24,279 bases of DNA, from the IMG/VR virus record IMGVR_UViG_3300011335_000034, positions 1-24,279 of that record; one strand, given 5' to 3'. This document shows, piece after piece, positions 15,833 to 24,279 of the stretch (positions are counted from its first letter, which is position 1; each line of letters starts with the position of its first letter). The notes below the pieces were generated by a model, which saw only the letters and a program-made list of their open reading frames with translations, made no database searches and was not told the DNA's origin. The position numbers were made by a program, and so were the translations under genes. The DNA is from a virus (taxonomy: Duplodnaviria > Caudoviricetes).

Positions 15833-17470
15833 ATGGCTACCAGCCCCAATTCCACGCAAATCACGCCCCCAAGGGTTTCGCTTATTGACGAGCGAACTGG
15901 GGCGGTATCGCGTGAATGGTATCGCTGGTTTTATAGCTTGTATGACCTTGTTGGAACAGGCACTGGCATTATTCCCGTAACTAGCGGTGGCACGGGGCTA
16001 AATACTATCCCTACCAACGGCCAGCTACTGATTGGTAATGGCACAGGGTACACCCTTAACACGCTAACACCTAGCAGTGGGATTACAGTTACCAATGCTT
16101 TAGGAACTATCACAATTGCCAATTCTGGCGTGCTGTCCAACGTAGCAGGCGCGGGCATCTCAGTGTCTAGCGCAACAGGCAATGTAACCATCAGCAACAC
16201 GGGCGTGTTGTCTTTTTCGGGCGGCACTACCGGCTTAACGCCAACAACGGCCACCACAGGCGCTGTAACGCTTGCAGGCACCTTGGCTATTGCCAGTGGT
16301 GGAACAAACGGCTCTGCGACCCCTACAACCTACGGTGTAGCTTATGGAACGGGTACAGCGTATGCGTTCACCGCTGCTGGCACAACAGGCCAAGTTTTAA
16401 CAGCCACTACCGGCGGCGCACCAACTTGGGCTTCACCTGCCACAAGCGGAACCGTGACAAGCGTCAGCTTTACTGGTGGCCTCATTACTGTTGCTACTGC
16501 CACCACCACGCCAGCGTTAACAGTGGCCGGAACTAGCGGCGGCGTAGTGTATTTTTCTAGCGCATCAACCTGGGCATCTTCTGCTGCTTTAGCTGCTAAC
16601 GCTTTGGTAGTCGGTGGCGGGGCTGGTGTAGCGCCAAGCACTATCACTACAGGTACAGGCGTTGTTACGGCTCTTGGAGTCAACACAGGCTCTGCTGGCG
16701 CGTTTGTTGTAAATGGTGATGCGTTAGGTACGCCAAGCAGCGGAACAGTCACCAACCTGACCGGCACTGCGTCTATCAACATCAATGGAACTGTTGGGGC
16801 AACTACAGCCAACACTGGCGCGTTTACAAGTCTTTCTTACACCACCACGTTGACGGGTGGCACTGGCGTTATTGCAATTGGCACTAGCCAAATCTACAAA
16901 GATGCCAGCGGGAATGTAGGTATTGGCACTACTTCACCGCAATCACTTCTCCATGTATCTTCTCTAGTAAATACACGGTTAATACTGTCGGACACCAACA
17001 GTAGCGCAGGCGCAAAAAACGGTTATTTTAATAACAACGCAGCCGTTATGTCTTTTGGGTGGATGGCTGACGATTTTTCTACGTCAACAGAAATGGTGCG
17101 TATTACTTCCACCGGCTCTATGCTTGTCACTGCTGCTGCTGGCGGTTTAGGCTATGGCACAGGCTCTGGTGGCTCTGTCACCCAAGTCACATCACGCACT
17201 ACAGGCGTGACATTGAACAAGACCAATGGCGCTATCACGCTTGTGTCTGCGGCTGGTCTTGCAACTTTTCAAAGTTTCACAGTGACCAATTCAACGGTGG
17301 CGGCTACCGATGTTGTTTATGTCACGCAAAAGTCAGGAACTGACTTGTACCAGATATTTGTCACGGCTACCGCCGCCGGTAGCTTTAGGATAACATTCGC
17401 CACAACGGGCGGGACAACGGTTGAACAGCCAGTGTTCAATTTTGCCGTCATTAAAGGAGTAACGGCATGA
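15833..17470 (+). CDS. Elongated tail needle/fibre in the P22 gp26 position
   Basis: N-terminal PPRVSLID..G.VSREWYRWF; long Thr/Gly fibre repeats; GNVGIGTTSP..LHV motif; distinct C-terminal domain. Confidence 0.7.
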   Translation: MATSPNSTQITPPRVSLIDERTGAVSREWYRWFYSLYDLVGTGTGIIPVTSGGTGLNTIPTNGQLLIGNGTGYTLNTLTPSSGITVTNALGTITIANSGVLSNVAGAGISVSSATGNVTISNTGVLSFSGGTTGLTPTTATTGAVTLAGTLAIASGGTNGSATPTTYGVAYGTGTAYAFTAAGTTGQVLTATTGGAPTWASPATSGTVTSVSFTGGLITVATATTTPALTVAGTSGGVVYFSSASTWASSAALAANALVVGGGAGVAPSTITTGTGVVTALGVNTGSAGAFVVNGDALGTPSSGTVTNLTGTASININGTVGATTANTGAFTSLSYTTTLTGGTGVIAIGTSQIYKDASGNVGIGTTSPQSLLHVSSLVNTRLILSDTNSSAGAKNGYFNNNAAVMSFGWMADDFSTSTEMVRITSTGSMLVTAAAGGLGYGTGSGGSVTQVTSRTTGVTLNKTNGAITLVSAAGLATFQSFTVTNSTVAATDVVYVTQKSGTDLYQIFVTATAAGSFRITFATTGGTTVEQPVFNFAVIKGVTA

Positions 17471-17652
17471 GTTATCTAGCCACTGTGACCCACGACACGC
17501 AATCTAATACGCTTGAAGCCGCTTGGCTTGAATTGGTGGATGAAGAACTCAAGCGCGTAAAATGCCGCAACTACTCCGCAGAACAAAAGGATGAATTCCT
17601 AGCTGATTGTGGCGATGACGGGCAGAAATACATAACCCTAGCAGGATGGTAA
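17467..17652 (+). CDS. Small acidic hypothetical protein, possible fibre chaperone
   Basis: AAGGAG SD and ATGA overlap with the fibre gene; 61 aa. Confidence 0.65.
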   Translation: MSYLATVTHDTQSNTLEAAWLELVDEELKRVKCRNYSAEQKDEFLADCGDDGQKYITLAGW

Positions 17653-17655
17653 AAA

Positions 17656-19575
17656 ATGACTACATCTATCGCAACGCCTCCAAAGTTGCAATTTTTTGAT
17701 GCTAATGGCGTACCATTGTCAGGCGGCAAGCTATACAGCTATGCGGCTGGCACTACTACCCCATTAACGACATACACCAGTTCGTCCGGCAACACTGCCA
17801 ACACCAATCCAATCATCTTGGACAGTCGAGGCGAGGCCAATGTTTGGCTAAGTTCTGCTACCTATAAGCTAAAACTTACAAGTTCCACTAATGTGGAAAT
17901 TTGGACTGTTGACAATTTGAATGGCGCGGATCAGGCCACGCTTGCGTCCACATTTGCCACTTTGGCGTTGTCTTCTGGCGCGTCTCTTATCGGGTACACC
18001 CAAGGCGGGGCTGACTCTGTAGCCACTACTGTTCAAGCCAAGTTGCGTGAAACAGTCAGTATCACAGACTTTGGCGCGGTAGGTGACGGTACGACAGTTG
18101 ACACTAACGCTATTCAATTTGCGTTAGATAGCGGCGCAAGCACAATATATTTCCCCGAAGGCACTTTTGTAGTAGATCAAATTTTCCCCCCGTCAAATAC
18201 CACATTGGTAATGACGGCAGGAACAACAATCAAAGCTATATCCAACATCCCTGCAAATCATAGGATGTTGACTATTCAAGGCGTGTCTAATGTCCGTGTT
18301 TTGGGTAATGGCGCGACAATAACGGGAATAAAAAGCGAATACACAAGCGGAGAACAAAGGCATGGAGTGTTTATCAACATAGCTAACACTGTTGTAGTGT
18401 CTGGCCTGACTGTTAAAGACACTGGCGGCGATGGAATTGTTATCACTTCAAGCGATGAGTTGGTTGGGCCAACTTCCGAAAACATTACCATTGAAAATTG
18501 CATCTGCGACAACAACAGACGGCAAGGCTTGAGTCTTGTATCAGGCAAAAAAATAACAATTAACAATTGCGTGTTCAAAAACACTACTGGAACCACTCCA
18601 TCGTCTGGCATAGACATTGAGCCAGATGCAGGAAGCTGGCAGCAATTAGATGATATTGTTATTAGCAATTGCGAATTCAACAACAATGACGGCGCTGGAC
18701 TAAGCGTATTTTTGCCCAATAGCTACACTTTAAGCCCAGGAAGTGTGTTACCTGCAATTAACAACAATTTTAACCTTACAGTTGAAAACTGTGCTTTTTA
18801 CGATAACGCATACGGCTTTACTTTTGATGCTAATTGTGCAGACCCAACAGGCGTAAAAGTTTACGGCAACATATCCGTAAGTAACTGTTCTTTTTATGAC
18901 ACCACATATTCTGCAATAGCTGCGGGAAGGCATAGCGTCAATTTTGACTTTATGTACTTCAACAATATTTTTATCAGAAACGCTAACACTGCTGCAAACA
19001 CAACTACATATTTGGGTTCGGCTATAACCATTAACGGCAACAATGACGTTTTAGCTAATGCCCAAGTTGGGAAAATTTCTTTTAATAATGTTACTGTTGT
19101 AGACAACTCATCTACTTTGCAATACACACTTGCTGCTGGTAATGCAAGCGCAATAACCGATGTGTATTTTTCTGGTTACATCAATTTTGTGACCGGATTA
19201 GGCGGCAGCAAAATGCGAATATTTCTGCCAACGAATTGGCGTTTTAATGACATCAATAATGTTACGGTTCCACTTAGCACGTCCAAAACATTGGATTCAT
19301 ATGTGGATTGGAACAGGTACAACAATTTTAGTTCACCCAACAACAGAACGGTGACCGATTCTTTGTTTCCCTATGGCTCTGAATTGAATCTTAACGCATC
19401 TGGTAATTCGGGCTACTACATTCGGTTTACACCTTTAGCTACGGCGGTTATACATCCGCTAACCACTGTTGCGGGGACTTCAATTCAATCATCTGTAAAC
19501 GGTGGAAGCATAACTTTGGAAAAGCTGTCCGATGGCAATTGGCTGGTGAAATCTATGGCTACTGGTTGGGCTTAA
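17656..19575 (+). CDS. Tailspike / polysaccharide depolymerase with right-handed beta-helix
   Basis: N-terminal particle-binding region (QFFDANG.PL.GGKLY.Y.AGTTTP..NPIILDSRGE); TVQAKLRETVSITDFGAVGDG..D..AIQ (pectate_lyase_3-like); Asn-rich repeats such as NRRQGLSLVSG and GIDIEP. Confidence 0.88.
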   Translation: MTTSIATPPKLQFFDANGVPLSGGKLYSYAAGTTTPLTTYTSSSGNTANTNPIILDSRGEANVWLSSATYKLKLTSSTNVEIWTVDNLNGADQATLASTFATLALSSGASLIGYTQGGADSVATTVQAKLRETVSITDFGAVGDGTTVDTNAIQFALDSGASTIYFPEGTFVVDQIFPPSNTTLVMTAGTTIKAISNIPANHRMLTIQGVSNVRVLGNGATITGIKSEYTSGEQRHGVFINIANTVVVSGLTVKDTGGDGIVITSSDELVGPTSENITIENCICDNNRRQGLSLVSGKKITINNCVFKNTTGTTPSSGIDIEPDAGSWQQLDDIVISNCEFNNNDGAGLSVFLPNSYTLSPGSVLPAINNNFNLTVENCAFYDNAYGFTFDANCADPTGVKVYGNISVSNCSFYDTTYSAIAAGRHSVNFDFMYFNNIFIRNANTAANTTTYLGSAITINGNNDVLANAQVGKISFNNVTVVDNSSTLQYTLAAGNASAITDVYFSGYINFVTGLGGSKMRIFLPTNWRFNDINNVTVPLSTSKTLDSYVDWNRYNNFSSPNNRTVTDSLFPYGSELNLNASGNSGYYIRFTPLATAVIHPLTTVAGTSIQSSVNGGSITLEKLSDGNWLVKSMATGWA

Positions 19576-19590
19576 ATAGGAGTAAATATC

Positions 19591-20598
19591 ATGTCTTTTT
19601 GGGACTCTGTATCTGATGTGCTAGGAACGTCCGGCAAAAAAGGCGTCGGCCTACTCCAGCAAAAGCCGGAAGATATTGCTTTGGCGGGGCTTGCGGGCTA
19701 TGGTGCTTACGCTGCGTTGCCGTATTTGACAGGTGCTAACGCAGTTGGTTTAGGCGCAGGCCCATTAACAGACGCTCAATTAGCCGCTGGATCTAATTGG
19801 GGTGCTATGGCTGGGGCTGGCGGCGGTGGTGGATTTGTTCCAGAAGCCGTTGCAAATACCGTTGCTTCTGGCGCTGCTGGTGCAGGCAGTTCGCTACCCG
19901 CTTGGCTTACATCCGCACCGGCACTGCAAGCAGGCGCTAGTTTGGTGGGTGGCGTATTGCAAAGCAACGCGCTACAGCAAGGAGCACAAACGCAAGCTGA
20001 CGCGGCGCAACGAGCCATTAACTTGCAAGAGCGAATCAACCAGCAGCAGACCGCGTTAAACGCGCCGTTCTACAGCGCAGGCGTGACGGGTCAGAATCGA
20101 TTGCTAGATTTGCTAGGGCTGAGTGGCAACAAGGGCGCAGCGGGCTACGGCAAGTACGCAAAAGACTTTTCTATGGGTGATTTTCAACAAGACCCAGGCT
20201 ACGCTTTCCGACTGTCGGAAGGCCAGAAAGCGCTGGAGCGTTCAGCGGCTGCACGCGGCGGGCTGATCTCTGGTGGCGCTATGAAAGCTGCTACGCGCTA
20301 CGGTCAGGACATGGGATCACAGGAGTACCAAAACGCTTACAACCGCTACCAAACCAACCGCGCCAATCAACTGAACCCGCTTGGTTCTTTGGCTCAATCG
20401 GGTCAATCTGCGGCTAATTTTCAAGCAGGCAATTTGGGTAGATATGGTGCAGACGTTGCCAGCTTAATCGGCCAACAAGGACAGTCCCAAGCTGCTGGTC
20501 AGATTGGCATGGGGAGCACTTTGGGCAACGCAATCAACACCGGCATCAGCGCGTACCAGAACAATGCGCTGCTTGAAGCACTCAGAAGGACAGCATAA
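19591..20598 (+). CDS. DNA ejection/transfer protein 1 (P22 gp7-like)
   Basis: AGGAG SD; Gly/Ala/Gln-rich; QDPGYAFRLSEGQKALERSAAARGGLISG motif; first of three genes after the tailspike. Confidence 0.75.
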   Translation: MSFWDSVSDVLGTSGKKGVGLLQQKPEDIALAGLAGYGAYAALPYLTGANAVGLGAGPLTDAQLAAGSNWGAMAGAGGGGGFVPEAVANTVASGAAGAGSSLPAWLTSAPALQAGASLVGGVLQSNALQQGAQTQADAAQRAINLQERINQQQTALNAPFYSAGVTGQNRLLDLLGLSGNKGAAGYGKYAKDFSMGDFQQDPGYAFRLSEGQKALERSAAARGGLISGGAMKAATRYGQDMGSQEYQNAYNRYQTNRANQLNPLGSLAQSGQSAANFQAGNLGRYGADVASLIGQQGQSQAAGQIGMGSTLGNAINTGISAYQNNALLEALRRTA

Positions 20599-22424
20599 TG
20601 GCAGACCTTAACGCTTTAATTGCACAGGGAGCGCAGTTCAATCTGCCCAACCCTGTTGACCAATATTCCAAAGTGATGCAACTGCAATCTGCACAGCAGC
20701 AGATGCAATTGAACCGTCAGCAAATGCAGCAGATCCAAGAGGATCGCGCAGGCTTTGCCAAGCTGCGTGAGACTTTGGCGCAGCAAAACCTTACGCCAGA
20801 GCAATACGAAACTGCGTTGACCCAATCACCTGATCCAAGCCATCAAAAAATGGGTGTTGAAATGCGTTTTCGCAGAAGCCGTTTGGCTGAATTGGAAAAA
20901 GCAATGGGTGGTGCTGAACCGGCAATGGTTCCCGCTGCGATGCCTGAAGCGCCTGCGCCTATGGCTGCACCAGTTGAGATGCCTAAACCGGAAATGTTTA
21001 TAACAAAAGACAATAGCGGTCGCCCGCAAGACTACCAATCTATGCAATCGGGCGTAGTGGTAGGTGCGGCTCCAGCGGCTAAACCGATTGGGTATGCGCT
21101 TCCTGCTATTGACAACGCGCTTGCAGCGCGGGTCGCTCCAGCCGCTGCCGCTGCGCCAGTGGCTAACGCAATGGTTGCACAGGCTCCTGTAGGCAATGCA
21201 ATGTCAGCTAAACAGGCACAGCTTGCTGACATTAGCAAAAAGTTGGCGGTGCTAACCAAGCCACAATTTTCTGATGTTGCTGGTGTTAAAGACCAAATTG
21301 CCTATTTGCGGGATGAGCAAAAACGCTTGTCGGAAAGCCCGTTGGCAAAAATTGACCCAAAAGATTACGACCCTGATTCGTTTGCGGAGTATATGCAAAG
21401 TGGTGATGCCACCAAGTTGCGAAAAATAACAGATCAGCGCCTTGAGTTTGACAAAGCAAAATTTGAGTGGGAAAAAGCTAATCCTGGCAAAACCATTAAG
21501 GAAATCAACCAAAGTGGCGTAACCAAGTATTTTGCAATCAATGACCGTACAAATGAAGCCACTCCCGTCACTATTGCTGGTGGCAAAGTTCTTACGGGAA
21601 CCGATATGGCTTCTCAGCGCCTTGCGTTTGACCAAGCTAAATTTGCATGGGAAAAATCTAACCCTGGCTTCACAATTCAGCAGACTGAAGACGGTTCCAT
21701 TGTTGGCGTCAACAATAGAACCCTGCAGGCTTACCCTGTTACCCTTAACGCAGGCGGCCCACCATCTGCTGCGCCATTTACTGGCATTGGCGGGGGCGCG
21801 CCAACGGCTGGTGCTGGCCGTGGCGCAGTAGGCGTAACGGATGGACGTATGGCTCCTATTGCGCCTGTTGCTGCGCCTGTTGCTGCGCCTGCTGGAATGC
21901 CATTAAAAGGTAAATCTGCGGGGCTGACTGAGTCTCAAGGCAATGCAACTGCATTTGGCATGAGAATGAAGCAATCTCATGATTTGCTTACAAAATTTGA
22001 AAACTCAGGAGCAACTGATACGGGATATGCAAGAGGTGTTATAGGCGGTACTTTGGGCTTAACTCCATTGATTGGCGACAAGCTAAACGACGCTACTGGC
22101 AACATCTTTAACGCTTTGCCTACAGTGCTTGGTGGACTCAATGAGCAACAACAACAAACAGTCAATGCACGCATCAACTTTATTACGGCATTGCTTCGTA
22201 AGGAATCAGGTGCGGCAATTGGGCCAAGTGAATTTTCAACAGCAGAAAAACTGTATTTCCCCCAGCCAGGCAATCCCCCATCTGTGATTGCTCAAAAACA
22301 AAGAGCGCGTGAACTTGCCATCCAAGCAATGAAAATTCAAGCTGGGCCAGGTGCTAAAAACATTGGCGCAGCACAAGGTGATGGCACATCATCTGAATCT
22401 GATCCACTAGGAATTCGGAAGTAA
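20598..22424 (+). CDS. DNA ejection protein 2 (P22 gp20 position)
   Basis: TAATG-coupled; Gln-rich helical N-terminus, Ala/Pro linkers, internal 60-aa repeat and C-terminal NFITALLRKESGAAI..YFPQPG domain ending DPLGIRK. Assignment is mainly by synteny. Confidence 0.6.
   Translation: MADLNALIAQGAQFNLPNPVDQYSKVMQLQSAQQQMQLNRQQMQQIQEDRAGFAKLRETLAQQNLTPEQYETALTQSPDPSHQKMGVEMRFRRSRLAELEKAMGGAEPAMVPAAMPEAPAPMAAPVEMPKPEMFITKDNSGRPQDYQSMQSGVVVGAAPAAKPIGYALPAIDNALAARVAPAAAAAPVANAMVAQAPVGNAMSAKQAQLADISKKLAVLTKPQFSDVAGVKDQIAYLRDEQKRLSESPLAKIDPKDYDPDSFAEYMQSGDATKLRKITDQRLEFDKAKFEWEKANPGKTIKEINQSGVTKYFAINDRTNEATPVTIAGGKVLTGTDMASQRLAFDQAKFAWEKSNPGFTIQQTEDGSIVGVNNRTLQAYPVTLNAGGPPSAAPFTGIGGGAPTAGAGRGAVGVTDGRMAPIAPVAAPVAAPAGMPLKGKSAGLTESQGNATAFGMRMKQSHDLLTKFENSGATDTGYARGVIGGTLGLTPLIGDKLNDATGNIFNALPTVLGGLNEQQQQTVNARINFITALLRKESGAAIGPSEFSTAEKLYFPQPGNPPSVIAQKQRARELAIQAMKIQAGPGAKNIGAAQGDGTSSESDPLGIRK
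21435..21757 (+). repeat. Two diverged ~60-aa tandem repeats (180-nt period)
   Basis: QRLEFDKAKFEWEKANPG..NDRT..PVT at 21435 and QRLAFDQAKFAWEKSNPG..NNRT..PVT at 21615. Confidence 0.85.
21861..21891 (+). repeat. 12-bp tandem repeat x2.6
   Basis: GCGCCTGTTGCT GCGCCTGTTGCT GCGCCTG, encoding an APVA linker. Confidence 0.85.
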
Positions 22425-22428
22425 CATC

Positions 22429-24249
22429 ATGCCAACTATTGCAGACATTCGGCAAAAGTACCCGCAATATGCGGATGTGCCTGACGTGCAATTAGCTGAT
22501 GCGTTGCACGCAAAATTCTATTCGGATATGCCTAAAGGTGACTTTTACAAGTCAATCAATTTGGGTGGTGCAAGTCGGATTCCTGGCAGCATTACAGGAT
22601 TGCCATCACCGCCACCGCCTACGTTAAGCGACAGAATTCTAGGGACGCTAGAGACTATTCCAGCAATGGCATCAAGCGCCGTTGCTATGCCTGTTTCTGC
22701 TGCGGCCCAGCTTGCAAGTGACATCTATAGCGGCAAGCGGGATGTCAATCAGACTACCGCAAAAGGCATTCAACAAGCAATGACCTATCAGCCGCGCTTT
22801 GAAACAGGCCAGCAATTAACGCAAGCGATTGGCGAGGCTACAAGCGGCATGGTTGGTGTTCCGATGGGAACATTGCAATCTGTTGGTGCGCTTGGCGGCC
22901 CTGCTGTTAATCAATTAAGGGCAACCGTCCAGCCTACCGTAAGCGCAACCAAGAACGCCATGTTGGCAGCACTACCAAGCAGGCAACCAGCCGCCGTAAT
23001 GCCTGGTATGGGTGCTGCTGAGACTGCTGCGGCTACGTTGCGTCAGGAACGCGCACAACGCTTTGGCATACCGCTGACCAAGGGAGAGCAAGTGCCTGAG
23101 TTGGGCTTACAGCAATTTGAATCTGACATTGTTAAGCAAAAGCCTGAGATGGCTGCGCCAATCATTGAATTGAAAAAGGCTCAAAGCAAGGCTATTGTTG
23201 ACCAGTTTGAAAGGTTAGCTGGTGAAACTGGTGCGGAATACGCTGACCCTACGGCATATCGCAAAGTCGGAAGCATTGTGGACAGCGCGATTGTCAAAGA
23301 ATTTGACTCAAAAAAAGCAAAGGTAGATCAAGCCTATCAAGCTGCACGGGATTCTGGCGAAACAAAACAAGTAGTTGACACTACAAAGTTAGATCAATAT
23401 TTGACATTTGTGCAGCCAGAAGCAATTGCTGTTCCAGAAATTAATTCAATTAAAGCAAAATTAGAAACACTTAAAGCCGCTAAGAATGGGCAAGTCACTA
23501 TTGATGACCTTGAGAATTTATACAAGGTTGCTGGACAACTTGGTAAAAAAGGTGATCCATCTGGTGTCTTTATGGGTGACATCAAAAAGGTTATCAATGA
23601 AGTCACAGAAGGCACTGGTGGTGACTTGTATCGTGCGGCTAGAGCGCAACGCAATCAACTTGGTAAGCAATTTGAGGACACTTACAGAGTAGCAAAATTG
23701 CTAGGCGAAAAAGGTGGATACGCTGACCGCGCTGTGGCATTAGATGACGTATTTAAGCACGTTGTTTTGGATGGCAGTTTGGAAGAAATGCGTACTGTCA
23801 CCAAGCTATTGAAAAAAGGTGGCTCAGAAGGGCAACAAGCATATGCCGAATTGCAGGGCCAGACTGTTCAATACCTTAAAGACCAACTAACAAAAAACGC
23901 ATCAGGTCAATTGTCATTTGCCAAGCTAAAGACTGCGCTTGAAGGTTTAGACCGTGAAGGTAAGCTGGACTATATGTTTGGCAAAACTGGCCGCGACACC
24001 TTGGTTGACTTGAAGCAGACGGTGCAGGATGCCTTGGTGAAAGACCCGCGAGCAATTAACACTTCAAACACTGGCAATGTTATTTTGCGAGGACTTGATA
24101 GCTTGGTAAAACTTCGTTTTCCAGGTGCTGCAAATGTTCGTGAAATGGCTGCGAATGCTGCGCTCAAAAAACAAATTGCGGAGTCTGTGAACTACAACGC
24201 ACTGGCTCCTAACGCTAAACCTGGAACAGTCAATAACCTACGGCCATAA
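22429..24249 (+). CDS. DNA ejection protein 3 (P22 gp16 position)
   Basis: N-terminal IRQKYPQYADVPD..LADALHAKFYSD module, a Gly/Ala-rich segment and a long helical C-terminal half. Assignment is mainly by synteny. Confidence 0.6.
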   Translation: MPTIADIRQKYPQYADVPDVQLADALHAKFYSDMPKGDFYKSINLGGASRIPGSITGLPSPPPPTLSDRILGTLETIPAMASSAVAMPVSAAAQLASDIYSGKRDVNQTTAKGIQQAMTYQPRFETGQQLTQAIGEATSGMVGVPMGTLQSVGALGGPAVNQLRATVQPTVSATKNAMLAALPSRQPAAVMPGMGAAETAAATLRQERAQRFGIPLTKGEQVPELGLQQFESDIVKQKPEMAAPIIELKKAQSKAIVDQFERLAGETGAEYADPTAYRKVGSIVDSAIVKEFDSKKAKVDQAYQAARDSGETKQVVDTTKLDQYLTFVQPEAIAVPEINSIKAKLETLKAAKNGQVTIDDLENLYKVAGQLGKKGDPSGVFMGDIKKVINEVTEGTGGDLYRAARAQRNQLGKQFEDTYRVAKLLGEKGGYADRAVALDDVFKHVVLDGSLEEMRTVTKLLKKGGSEGQQAYAELQGQTVQYLKDQLTKNASGQLSFAKLKTALEGLDREGKLDYMFGKTGRDTLVDLKQTVQDALVKDPRAINTSNTGNVILRGLDSLVKLRFPGAANVREMAANAALKKQIAESVNYNALAPNAKPGTVNNLRP

Positions 24250-24250
24250 C

Positions 24251-24279
24251 ATGGAACAGCAACTACTAAACATCCTATT
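24251..24279 (+). CDS. 5' start of the next gene (partial; MEQQLLNIL...)
   Basis: ATG 1 nt after the upstream stop and open to the window end; too short to identify. Confidence 0.4.

Noticed and set aside
6618-16717. Duplicated fibre segments as a diversity-generating retroelement TR/VR pair
   Set aside because: Differences are mostly synonymous and involve all bases rather than adenines only, both copies are internal coding sequence, and no reverse transcriptase is in the window.

Overview
The window is the virion morphogenesis region of a tailed dsDNA phage with a P22-like (podovirus) layout, and every supported gene is on the + strand. In order: a probable 3' end of an upstream gene, a ~390-bp non-coding region, an ADP-ribosyltransferase-like ORF, large terminase, two small Lys-rich ORFs absent from the ORF track, portal, and a Dps/ferritin-like ORF. 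Next is an extra fibre/adhesin cassette that includes a strikingly periodic Phe-Phe repeat protein. It is followed by scaffold, P22-type coat protein, probable decoration proteins, gp4-like adaptor, gp10-like hub, an elongated needle/fibre, a beta-helix tailspike and three ejection proteins. No tape measure, integrase, tRNA or CRISPR array was seen. The most interesting observations are: (1) an NA[L/F/M]A...NNL peptide motif shared by the ART-like protein and the ejection proteins, possibly a capsid-loading signal for an injected effector; (2) an oriC-like cluster of DnaA boxes plus an IHF consensus and a dif-like site upstream of the packaging genes; (3) the portal-coupled fibre cassette with its 4x18-aa FF-repeat protein and modules shared with the tail needle. 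All family assignments come from motif recognition and gene order by eye; no searches were run.
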